DNA from: Balamuthia mandrillaris
Taxonomy: Eukaryota
NCBI GenBank assembly: GCA_031835245.2
Contig: JAVKOQ020000007.1
Span: forward strand, 62,001-126,000
Reading direction: 5' to 3'
DNA: 64,000 nt
Shown: piece by piece, positions 37,201-48,911 of the stretch
How positions within the stretch are numbered: the stretch's first letter is position 1
How the letters are laid out: each line of letters opens with the position of its first letter
Notes under the pieces: model-generated
What the model saw: only the letters and a program-made list of their open reading frames with translations
Told to the model about the DNA's origin: nothing
The model's database searches: none
Translations under genes and position numbers: made by a program

Positions 37201-38243
37201 GAAGAAGACCACATCGCCACAATCCAATACATTTCGCAACGCATCAACGAACTTATCACCAAGGTTCAAGTGGCTATTAAAGAGTACGTCTTCTTTGCCT
37301 TTGTTGCTTTCTTTCTTTTTCCCGGTCTTAACCCTTTCCTTTTATTTAAAAAAAGTGGAGAACACAAACCACAAACAGCAGGAACAGAGCTTAAACGGAG
37401 ACCAGTGGCACAGTTGCGGCATGCAACCTCCTCCGAACGACTGAAGTCGTTTGTCGCGGCAGCCTCTCAGAACAAGGGCAGCCCTCTGCGTGATGCCATC
37501 ATAGATTTCATCACTGAGTTCTTCACGTATGCTCTCTTCTTCATTTTCTTTCCCTTCAATGTACAATCTTGTTTATTTTTATTTTTGTTAGAACACAAGC
37601 ACCGCCTTACCTCACGTTTCCCTTGCACGAGATAGTTTTCTACGATGATCCTGTCCCTTTGCAAAAGGTTATCTTTCTTGTCTGCTTGTTCTGGTTTCTT
37701 CTATTCTATTCCAGTGATTCAAATCTTTGTTTTAACATACATGCATATAAAAAAAAGCTTCTGCTGAAACAGCAGGCAATGGTGGAAGGAATGTTGGAAG
37801 AGCCACATCGAGTTTGGAGTAAACAACAACTTCATCCTGATCCTGTTGATGAAACAATCATGTACGCCTCTTCTTTTTGCTCTACTTCTATGCTGGTCCT
37901 TCGCTCCTCGCTATCACCGTCTCTCCACCTCACCGCTCCTCTTTTTTTAACAAATATTTCTCTTTTTGGCAACAAAAGCTGGGAAGGACTTACAGCGGCA
38001 GATAGAACAATAGACGTGAAGGCATGGTTCGACAGCTACGCCGAAGAGAAGCGCTCTCTCCTTCGCTCCTCAGCAAAACAACAACAGGAGCTGAAAGCAG
38101 AGGAAGAAGAGAGCGCAATGCAAGAAACGTTTCAACAAGTGACCGAAGACCTGTTTGTTTGTGGCTATTTGGCTCCTTCGAGAGCAGGCGCCAACACCAA
38201 AATGAAGAAGAGCGTTCTTGGCTTCAGGCCTCCTTCAACATAA
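34241..38243 (+). CDS. ORC3: Origin recognition complex subunit 3 (multi-exon)
   Basis: EVPTALLFIGVHVSEH, LVVIIEDFESFDENVLHDLIAII, LPIALVLGLAT, FPLHEIVFY and a C-terminal winged-helix-like segment (IDVKAWFDSY..FQQVTEDLFVCGYL). Confidence 0.82.
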
Positions 38244-38320
38244 AACTTGCGAAAAGAATGAAGAAAAGCTTCAAAAAAACCAAAAGTTTTATATACGACA
38301 CAAAAAAACGGAAGCCAAAC

Positions 38321-38870
38321 CTAAGAATCCTTGGCAGCACCGCCGCTGGCAGGAAGGAGGTAGTCAGCAGACATGGGCTGGTTGGGAGCTTGTTTGTCTT
38401 TGGGAAAGAGGGTGGCAAATTGGGAGCCGGGACAAGGCTGCTTCAACCAGCATTGGTCCCTCTCCATGCGAATCAGCTTCTTCAGCGTTTTGTATTTGCT
38501 GTCGCCAAAGACGTAGAACTGGCCTGGGATGTAGTCCACTCTTTGGTGGATGATCTTCTTTCGTTTGTTGACGCTCGTTATTGTGAAATGACTGTTCGTT
38601 GAGGAGGGGCAAGCAGGAGGAAGGAGAAGAGAGGACAACAATAAGGAAGATAAGCATAAGGAAGATGTTAGTTAATGCTGCTTGTTGCAGACTAAGTAAA
38701 AAAACACAAACCCTGGTTTGGAGCTGAAACGAATGAGGAAAGAACCAGCAGGTTGATGGCCCAACCGTTCCTCCGCCTTGGCTGCAGAAATGTCGCCATG
38801 GAACCATGGCTGCTTCATTATCTTGTAAAGCTTCAAACAAAAAAAAAAAAATAATAGTACATTCAGTCTT

Positions 38871-38924
<54 letters not shown>

Positions 38925-41740
38925 CTCTAGAAAGATAAGGCTCGCCAGTTAGAACGGAGAGAGGCCCGAACCAAGCCAAGTTGCTTCCAAACGCATCCAT
39001 AGTAACCACTGCTGTCGAGGATGGCACGCCTCCGCCATCCCCTTTTCCTCCACCAGTCTCACCTTTAGCTCCTCCTCCCCCAAACGCATTTGAAGAAGCG
39101 GCAAAAGAAGAAGCAGAGAAGGCAGCAACAGACGAAGCAGCAACAGACGAAGCGGAAGAGGAAGAAGAGGAAGAAGCAGCATCTTTGGTGACCATTCTGT
39201 GGAGACACTTCCAATAGATATCATCCACGCCACGTTCCCAATCTTTGTTGCGACTATTATTGTTGTTGGGACTTGTGGAGATGGTAGCACCTGCACTGTC
39301 CATCATCATTGTTGTTGTTGTTTGTCTTTCGTTCCCAACGTCACCAAGGGGAGAAGTGGAGCGAGAAGGCAAACGCGCGCTTAGTGGGCGAAGATGAGAC
39401 TGCTGATGCTGAATTTGACGAGCAGCTAAGGAAGAGAATGAAGGAGGAGCGTCCGGTCCGTATATGCTTCCTGTGGAGGACCCTTCCCAGTTGTTGCTGC
39501 TCGCTCCTCCACTATAGCCGCTGTCATAGTAGTTATTATAGTAACTTTTCTCTCCGCCACCTCCTCTTCTTTGTTGTTGCTGCTGTAATGAATAGGCGGA
39601 AGAAGGAAACTTGTTGTTGGTTAAGGAAGAGGGAAGAGCAGCGAAAGAAGAATCCACGCTGTCAGTAGGAAAGGAGAACGTGTCTGCAGAGTTATTATAG
39701 GCCTGGCTGGTGGTATATTGGCTGTTCCAGGTTTCGTCCTCGCTGTCATCTTCGTCGTCTTGTTCGTTGGTGTTGTTGAGGAGCGTGTCGGGAGGTCGAA
39801 GGTCGAACATTTGGCATAACGCTCGCACAAAGTCGCCCCATTGTACCTCCGTTCGGCCGTAAAAGTTGTTGCGCCAAAACTTTCTCCCGGAGTGATCCTT
39901 TTTTTTTAAAAAAAGAACAGTTTGTAAGCAAAGAGAGAGGCAGAGAGGCAGAGAGGCAGAGAGGCAGAGAGGCAGAGAGGCAGAGCAGGAGGCCAAGGAA
40001 GAGGAAAGACGAAACAAGAAAGAAGGATGAAATACCATGATAGCCGTTTCCAAAATCAGCTCATCCAACACTCTTAATATATCAGCAAAGTTGGGCCTAC
40101 AGTTGGGCAACGGATGCCAACAGCACCGAATGAGGTCCGCCAACCTCGGCGGAACGTCCTGCGGCAACACAGGTCTCATCTCCTCTTCCACCACCACTTC
40201 AATGACTTCCTCCAGTATCCTTCGCGTTACAGCTTCTTTGTCGTCGTTGTTGTTGTTGCTCGCACTTTTTTTCTGCTGCAACAAACGTTTCTTTAACTTT
40301 CTGAAAGCTTCCTTGCCGGTGAGTACTTCATAGAGGCACAAACCGAAAGAATAAACGTCGCACTTCTCGTCATAGGCACTTGAGCGGGTTAGGTATTCTG
40401 GGGCCATTCGTACCGGTGGGTCTTCTTGCCAATAGGTTGTTGGTGATGATTGTTTGGCAGAAGAGGAGAGGCGCATGTCGAGCAATCCAAAGTCGCTTAC
40501 CTTGACGGAACCATCTTCTGCAACCTTTTTTTGTAAACAAGCGAGAATGAGAAACGAAAGAAGAATGGAAAGCGAACATGAACAATAAAGAAGGAAAGAG
40601 AGAGAGAGAGAGAGAGAGAAGTACCAAGAAGTTGGAAAGCTTCAGGTTAGAATGGTACAGCGGCGTCTTGGAGCAATGCAACCAATAAACTCCCAGAGCA
40701 GCATCCTTGGCCATCTTCAAGCGTTCATACAGAGAGAGACCGATCGGGGAGTGCTCAAAGCACAAGGCGGCCATCGTGTTGGGCATCCACTCCGTCACCA
40801 GCGCCAACCTCCCCGGCGTGGTCACCACTCCCAAAAGTACCACTATATGTTTGTTTCTCATTTTTCTGTTTTTTGTTACAGTTAAAAAAAGAAAGCAAGA
40901 AAACCTTTTAACAAATAAGAATATACGAACGATAAGGCCTTGACTTGCGCTTTAAAGCTGGCCACCTCCTCCTTGTTGAGGTTCTGTTTCTTCAGCAAGT
41001 GAATGGCAACGTCCTGCCCTCTGCAAGTGCCTCGGAAAACGATGGTGAAGGGACCCTCCCCGACCCTCCCCTCTTTCACGATCTGGTCCTCCTCAATCTC
41101 TTGCAGCTCCATCGCCTTCAACAGGTCGACCGTTCTCAGGAGAGTAACATCTTCCGAAGCGGTTTGTTTGTTGTGCTTCTTTTGGGCGGGTTGCTGCTGT
41201 TGAGGTTGTGGTTGTGGTTGAGGTTGTTTCGCTTTCGGTCGTTCTTTTTGTTTCGTCTGTTGTGGTCGTTCTTTTTGTTTTTTTTCTGCTTTGTCCTCTT
41301 TGGAGTTACTTGGAGAGGAAGAAGCAGGAATGTCGCTGTCTCTGTGGTCTTCGTCCTCGTGAGAATGTTTGGTAGGGGAAGAGGCGGGAGCAGAAACTTT
41401 TCTGGCGAGGTCTGAGGCTTTGGTTGGGGTGTTGGAGGGCGTCGAGGAGGAGAGAGGAACGGGAGAGGAGGAGGAGGAGGACGGGGTGTCGTGAGAGGGA
41501 AGCTCGCGATGAACGCTGTGCGAGCTGGAACGTTCTTTGGTGTCGGAGCCCTTTTTCTTTTTGGTCTTCTTCTCCTTTTTGTCCTTCTCCTTCTTCTTTG
41601 ACTTCACTTTGAGTAACCTGCCGCTGTCTTTTGCCTTTTCGCCTTTTTCTTTGCAAAAAAACGATGCACATAGATGAGATGTTTGGTTGCGACACAAGAA
41701 GAGAGAAAGAGAGAGAGGAGAACAAAGTTAAACCTTTCAT
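38321..41740 (-). CDS. SHK-type TKL (pseudo)kinase with C-terminal SH2 domain (multi-exon)
   Basis: TKL fold (GEGPF, CRGQDVAIH, HSNLKLSNFL, SDFG, MAPE, DVYSFG, CCWHPLPNCRP), then GRKFWRNNF..VQWGDF and SH2 WFHGDISAAKAEERL..GFFLIRFS. Layout resembles Dictyostelium Shk kinases. Confidence 0.85.
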
Positions 41741-42458
41741 GGCGGAGCGAGAAGGAGAAGGGTGAGAAGGGAGGAAGAACTAAACAATAACACTTCACGG
41801 CGAGAAAGAAAAAAAAATGCGGCGACCTGCAGAAGAAAAGGCTAAAACATTCGGCAATCATTACAGCACGTTCTTAAATTATACGCTCCTGTCCGTCGAC
41901 AATAAATTTCGTATGCTCTCCTCTCTGTCGACAAAATAATACCCAAAATTCCGTAACGTCGACAATTAATGATGATGTCGACATATATCTCTCATTGGCT
42001 GAAATTAAATAACTGTTTTCTCTTCTTTTTCTTCTTTGTGAACCGTTACAGGATCCACAAGCTCTCAATGCAATGGCGGTAGCATGGGCAAAGAAAGAGG
42101 AACGCAATGGAGAGGGCTGTTCAGTTGGAAACGCACGCAGTAACAGAGCAGGTTCTTCCTACCTCGTTCAACTCTGCGGGAGGCGGCGTCAGTTCTCTCC
42201 TGCGATGGAGAACTTCAAGAACGTGAGGGAGAGGGAGAAAAAGATCAACGGGATGAAGAGACGTGAAGTGGGAGAAGCTCGATGAAGAGCGTTTGCATAA
42301 CCTTTACGCTTACCGTCTGAAGGAAAAAGAAAGAGAAGTAGAAAAAGAAGAAACGGGGTCAGGAGGTGGAGCGGAAGGAGTTTCCAAAGAGGTGAGGAGA
42401 AGAGAAGAGAAGAACAAGAGCTGGTGTCAATCAATGGAAAAAATGCAAGCTTTTATTT

Positions 42459-43948
42459 TCAAAAGCGGTGTGCTCTTTTATGCTCCAACAATTGTTGTGT
42501 CAATTCATCGCCATTCTGAACAGGACGTTTGCACGTGTACCCTTCACAAAAATAGGCCGTCACACGACCGTTCAAAGCCGTCTTTCCCTGAAGCAACGGA
42601 GGGACAAACACCTCTTCTTCTCTTGTTCCTTCGTTTGCTACGGCTTCCCTTCCGATCGCAATTACAACGTTTGGCAAGTAAAGTCTTCGCAAAGCAGATA
42701 TCATTTCTGCCTTTTGTTCTTCTGTTTCTTCGCTAGCTTCAGTTGAAGGAAGAACGATGGCCAATTGTCCACTGCTTAAAGCAAAGTCAATTGCTAAAAG
42801 GCTCTGAGAAAAATAAGCTGGAGCTGCATTCAAAGCAGGCTGTATCAAACGAAGAATGTGATGAGCTTTTCGCTTGTACTCCACGCGGTAAGTGAAAGCA
42901 TTAAGTTTAAGGAGGTTGAGGATGGAGACAGAGTTTGGATTGGGAATGCTTCCGTCTGTGAACTCTTTGGTGCGAGCAATGAGAGGAAGGCTCTCGTCCA
43001 TGTTGTCTGGTGTAAAGAAATACCCCCCTTGTTCTGTTTGTTGTTGCGAAGAGGAGGAAGATGAGGCTTTGTCCCAAAAAAAGTCGTCTTGGTAGCGTTG
43101 TAATTCTATGGCCCATTTCAACCTTTGAACAACAAATTAGGAAACACAAAACAAAGAAATAAGACGAAAAGAAAGAGAGTAAAAAATACATACCAAGATG
43201 CGTTCCAATCAGTTTGGTAAAGTGTTAATAAGGCAGAAATGAGATATGCATAATCATCCAATGTGCCTTCGTAGCGCACATCTCCATCTATGTACCGACG
43301 GTACAAAGTGCCTGTTTCCGAGTTGTAGAGCTTGTCCCGAATAAAGCGAGCAGCTCGCTGTGCTGCCTCTAGAAAAGCTTTCTTGTCGTCTCTCTCATGT
43401 TCTTCATTGAAAGCTTGTGCAGCAGTGGCCATCGCTTTTATCATCAATGCGTTCCATGAAACCAATTGCTTGTCATCTCCTATTTATGATATTTAGATTC
43501 GTGTTTGTTGCAGAAGAACAAGAATATAAGAACAAACTGTGGATAAACTGTACGTAAAGGATGAATCCGTTGTTCTCTTGCCCGGAAAAGTTTTTCGTGT
43601 GCACTCCGTAGAAGAGGTTGTTGCTTGTCCTCCCATTTATAATTTTTCTGCAGGCTGAGGTGGGTTGTCCCGTGTTCAAAGTTGCCGTCGCGTGTCACCC
43701 CATATACTGCTCGAACCAGTTCAAATTCCTTTTCCAAACAAGGTCGAGTTACCATTCACGGTGAGTCGTTCTCTAAAAACTTCAGAAGGAAAAAATAGTA
43801 CCTCCGCAGTGAGCAACGATTGCAGTTGAGCATTAGTCCAGACGTAAAATTTCCCTTCTTTTCCTTCGCTATCAGCGTCCTCTGGATTTTGCTAAATTGT
43901 GAATGATAGGGGCTCCCGCAATAAAGATTCAGAGAGGAAGTGGAGAGG

Positions 43949-43990
<42 letters not shown>

Positions 43991-44792
43991 CCTGCAGAGT
44001 AAAATCCACCAAGCTCCTTGTTTTCCATACGATTGAGCACATAATGCAGCGTCTCTTTTGCAATTGATGCGTAGGTTGGATTCTTCGTAAGGAGGAATGC
44101 CTCCACATACGTTTGAGCCAACAGAGCATTGTCATACAACATTTTCTCAAAATCTGCGATACACGAAACGTATACGAGTTAACGAAACGCCGAACAACAC
44201 TTGAGCGAATGAAACATAAACATACGAGGTATAAGCCATTGTCTGTCGGTAGAGTATCGTGCAAAACCTCCTCCCAAGTGATCATAGAGTCCACCCCATG
44301 CCATGCTCTGCAAAGTCTTTTCTACCATGTCTGATATTCTTTTGTCGGGAATGCGAAGGTACATTCGCATTAAGAACTGCAAACGTACACTCATAGGAAA
44401 CTTTGGCGGTCGTCCAAAACCTCCCCATTCAGCGTCAAAGAGTTCTGGAAGGGAGAGGAGAAGAAGAATAAGGAAACGGAACGAGGAAAAAAGGCAACGA
44501 AAAAAGAAGAAACGAGAAAACGAGCCTTCTGCTTGTTCTATGGCTTTCTTTAGAACTGAGACGCTTGGCAGTGGGTTAGTAGCATCAAATATGGATGTTG
44601 TTTGTTGTGTAAGCTGCTGCACGCTCTCCGATAAAGATTGCAGCACATCTCTCTGGTTTTGCCATGATTCTGTCACTTGGTCTAAAACTTTTAGAAACAG
44701 TTCCTTTGGAAAGTAAGTTCTGTCTCTTCAAATGAGCAAAGTGTATTCTTCATCTTGAACAAAACACCAGAAAGAATAAGAGAGAGCGCGAG

Positions 44793-44848
<56 letters not shown>

Positions 44849-45752
44849 GCGAGAGAGCAGGACAACGAACAAAGCGGAGAAAGAGTAGCATAGAGGGAAA
44901 AAAGAAGGAAAAAAAGGGGGCTACAAACCCAGCATGGAAGGGATGCGCGTCAGGAGTAGCCCAAACGCTAAGAGGCCATCCGCATGACACGCGTAGACTC
45001 ATTGCGGCTCGCATGTAAATGGTATCCACATCAGGCATTTCCTCTCTGTCCACCTTGACCGGCACAAAGTTGTTGTTGAGCACCTGTGCCACTTTTTCAT
45101 CCTCAAAAGACTCCCTTTCCATCACGTGGCACCAATGGCATGATACTGTTTGTTTTTGTTGTTGTTGGTTGAGAGAAGCGAAAGCAGAAGAAGAAGAACA
45201 AGAAGAAGAAGAAGAAGAAGAAGAAGAACAAGAACAAGAACAAGAGCAAGAAGAAGAACAAGAAGAACAAGAAGAAGAAGAAGAAGAAAACGACTTACAA
45301 TAGCCAATGCTAATGAAAAGGGGCCTATCCAGTTGTTTGGCCTTCTCAAAAGCTTCCTTTCCGTAGGGCAACCAGTCAACGGGGTTATGCTGGTGTTGCA
45401 GCAGGTAAGGACTTTTCTCCAGTGCCAACCTGTTGCTCTATTATGGAGGGGGAAAGCTCAACGGCATGAAATGAAAAAAAAAAGTAGAAGAACGAGGAAA
45501 CACTTAAAAGAGCAAGCAAAAAAAAACCTTTCTCGCTCCTTCGCTGGTGTAGCTTCTCCAGTTCTCCGCTTTGAAAGATGGGGATGAAGCGGAGCAGAAA
45601 ACAGAGGCAGAAGCCGCTGTGGTTGTTCTTAGCCACGTTGGTGTGGTTGATCTGTGAAGGCAACGCAGCTGTAAGGTAGTGGCTCTTCCGCCACTGCCGC
45701 ACCTCACGGATGGGGCCATTGAGGCTCCTCCTGTGGCTCCTCTCAACCTCAT
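42459..45752 (-). CDS. SPATA20: SPATA20/YyaL-family protein (thioredoxin-like DUF255 + alpha/alpha barrel; multi-exon)
   Basis: [98 protein letters not shown]. Confidence 0.93.
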
Positions 45753-46260
45753 CTTTTCTTCTTTCTTTTTTTTGTTCAAATTTCGATTTTTTACTGGTTT
45801 TCAAGATTTTTTCTTTCAATTTTCTCGTGTCGTCATGGAATACCGGAAGCAGTCGACACATCGAAATTTCGAAATGTCGACATTGATGATGATGTCACCG
45901 TGTTTCATTCATTGGCCGAAATTACAAAACTCCGAACCAACCACAATCCACACTATCTGTTTGTAGTTTGTCCAGTCTTTCTGTGAGGAGTTACCCTACG
46001 TTCCGGCTAGACAGTCCCGCCATCAACTCACTCGGGTACACATCTTTTAATAAATGCATTTTTGCCTAACTTGTGCTGCTGTTTCGCTAGGCAACACCCA
46101 ACGCCTTTTGGTGCTTCAACCGCAGAAAAAGAAAGCAAAATAATCGGTTTTCTTTCTTCTTTTTCTTTTTTAAATAGAAACACAAAAGTAGTTGCACCTC
46201 TGACGCCCTTCTTTGTTTTTATTTTCTTTGTAAACAAGCAAACAAACAAGCTAGAAAACC

Positions 46261-46668
46261 ATGAACCCCAAGTGCGGCTTTTGCAACAAGACGGTCTACC
46301 CGGTGGAGGCCATGAAAGGTGCCAACAAGACCTACCACAAGGGCTGCTTCCGATGCGTGACCTGCAAGACCTCGCTCACCCTGAAAAACTTCAAGGCTTT
46401 CGAGGGCCAGCTCTTCTGCGCTGTGCACTACCCCCCTAGCGTCACTAAGGTAACCTCCTTTGATGCTGAGAAGCGCGCCGACAGCGGTGAGTACTCCAGC
46501 GATGCTGCCGTCTCTCAATCAGATGCCGGCGGCTCGTGGGGCCAGCCCAAGGCCGATGCCGGTGAGTACGGCGGCTATGACCAAGGAGGACATGGAGGTT
46601 ACGATCAAGGATACCAGCAGGGGGGTTATGACCAGGGTGGCTATGAGGGACACTACGAAGGCTACTAA
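46261..46668 (+). CDS. Single-LIM-domain protein with Gly/Tyr/Gln-rich tail
   Basis: CxxC..HxxCxxCxxC..CxxH zinc-ligand spacing. Tail with GYDQG repeats. Confidence 0.92.
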   Translation: MNPKCGFCNKTVYPVEAMKGANKTYHKGCFRCVTCKTSLTLKNFKAFEGQLFCAVHYPPSVTKVTSFDAEKRADSGEYSSDAAVSQSDAGGSWGQPKADAGEYGGYDQGGHGGYDQGYQQGGYDQGGYEGHYEGY

Positions 46669-46768
46669 ACACGAAAAGAACACGCTCTTTGTTACTTTTG
46701 GCCACTTTCTTTTATTAAATTTGTATTGAAGATTGGAGAAGAAAAGAAATCTTTGTTTCACCATTTGC

Positions 46769-46818
<50 letters not shown>

Positions 46819-46860
46819 TCGCCTTTCATCCGAAAAGGTTGTAAAAAGAACAAACGTATT

Positions 46861-47804
46861 TTAGATCTTGCCAAGGAGCAGCTCACGAACAACCAATTTG
46901 GCATAAAGCCAAAAGGTCTGCGCCAAAGTGTGAACGTCCAAAGTGCTGGTCAAGGTGTCCGCCACGCCGAACGGCAACATGGCAGGGATCCAGCCCTGAG
47001 CGTACTCAAGAGCCCACATGGTGTCGGGAGCACGGTAGGCTTGGGCGTGTCCGCGAGGAAGGTGGTGCATCTCTCCTGGCTTATAGACCTCCTTCCGGTA
47101 GGAACCTGCCGAGAATGCCCTGTTTGTTTTGGTTTTAGAAGGGGTTGGGTGGTGTTAGTGGCAGGTTGAAGAAAAAGGAAGAAGAAGGAGAAGGAGAGAA
47201 AGTAACAAAACCATTGTTCGCCGTCCAAAATGATAAAGTAGTCATCGGCAGCAAAACGTCCAGTATGTCCCTCCGTGCCGATGGGTGTGCCAAAGATGAT
47301 GACGTACTCGGAAATGGAGGCATGCAGTATGTAGAGCACTCCCATGGCCCCTCCCGCATTGTTGAACACCCATTCCTGCTCCTTGTTGATGTGATTGGGG
47401 TAACGTTGGCTGAGCTTCTCCACCAGAAGAGGAACCATTTTTTCGATGAGCGGAACGTCAGCGGAAGTGTTGTTGCTGAGTTGATGCACCTCTTGAAGCA
47501 CCTCTTTGGCCACTTGATGGAGGACGTTAGGTTGGAAGACGTAATAGGGGGACAAGTCCACGAACGCGATCAGAGCGGCGAAGAGGAGGACAACGAAAAA
47601 GGCGCTCACGAAGGAGAGGCGCACCGCCTTGTAGAACACGTTGGAGAAAGAACAAGCGCATGAAGAGGAGGAAGAAGAAGCGACAGGTTTGGTTGGCTTT
47701 GTTTGTTTCGCTGGAACGGAGGAGGAGGATGACTTGGGCGTGTTCTTTTTGGTGGTGCCGGGGGTTCCACCAGCGGAAGAAGACTTTGTCTTTTCGGTGG
47801 GCAT
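46861..47804 (-). CDS. ERG2: C-8 sterol isomerase / sigma-1 receptor family (two exons)
   Basis: EWVFNNAGGAMG..LHASISEYVIIFGTPIGTEGHTGRF.ADDYF.IL.GEQW and WALEYAQGWIPAMLPFG. Confidence 0.95.
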
Positions 47805-48329
47805 TGTTAGAGCTTTTTGTGCGCGAGAACCGTTTTTATTTATTTTTTTGGTGAGTGTTGTTCTTTCTCCCTCTCCCCTCTCTCGCTCAAACAAACGAGA
47901 GGGAGAAAAGAACAAGAAAGAGGGTATGAAGAATCTCTCCTCGGCTTTTAATATTAATATGGAGCGTTCACCTGACAGGGTTTGACGGAGAATAACTGCG
48001 CATTACGCAGCGTTACTGCGTCTCCCTTTCAGACTAGCGTATGTACACCTCCTCCCCCCCCCATTTGCTCACCGCAACCAAACTACTGCCAGCCGTGTGG
48101 TCACACACAAACATTTTGGAGCTCGCTTGTTGCCTCCCCCTGCAAACCCATTCCGCGTGCTCAGAGCAAAGACGCGCGGTCCTTCATAAAATACCAAGGT
48201 TAAAAATATGACCCCTCGTAAAAACGTGACGTGGAAATAACTTGAAAAAGGAGATATCGACGTCAGCTTAGAAAAAGTGCCGACCAAACAAAATCAAAAA
48301 AAAAGAGAAAAGAAAGAAAGAAAGAAAGA

Positions 48330-48832
48330 ATGGGGTTACTTTCCAATGCTGCCTTTCTGGAAGAGCTGGCCAACCTTTATGCTGCCACCAAGACGTCAGG
48401 CAGTGTATGGATCACAATGAAACGCTGTTACGTACCGTTTTTGTTTTTGTTGTTGAAAAACTTTGGCCTTCCCTTATCATAATCCATATTTTTTTTGGGA
48501 GGAGCCATCCAATGGATAGCAATTCATTTTTTTTTTTCTCACTCGCACTCTCCATTCGAAAACAAACAGATGAAGACAAACCACGAGGCAAGAAAGACAC
48601 AACCAACAAAAAACAGGGATCTTCTGCTGGAGGGGGAGCCACTTCTGAAGGAGAGAACCTGTGCTTGATTCGAGCGACGGACGGCAAGCACAAGAAAATC
48701 AGCACGTTGCTGCGGGCCAAGGACCTGGTTCACTTTCAAATGTCCTTGGCTGCGGCCAACAAGAAAGGCATGGACGGACTCAAGAAGAGGGATCGACGGA
48801 GAAGAGGCAAGAAGAAGGCACAATATGTCTAA
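48330..48832 (+). CDS. SRP14: Signal recognition particle 14 kDa subunit (two exons)
   Basis: LLSNAAFLEELANLY..GSVWITMKR and CLIRATDGKHKKISTL..MDGLKKRD. Confidence 0.95.
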
Positions 48833-48911
48833 CTCCACAAAAGAGAAATATTATTTTTTTTTTCCCCCAACAAACAGCAAATCTACTTTCTTCTCTTCGT
48901 TGCTTCCTGCT

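Noticed and set aside
38243..38321. Very short gaps between convergent genes (also 632-742, 48832-48912, 54374-54488)
   Set aside because: General genome compactness. No specific signal.
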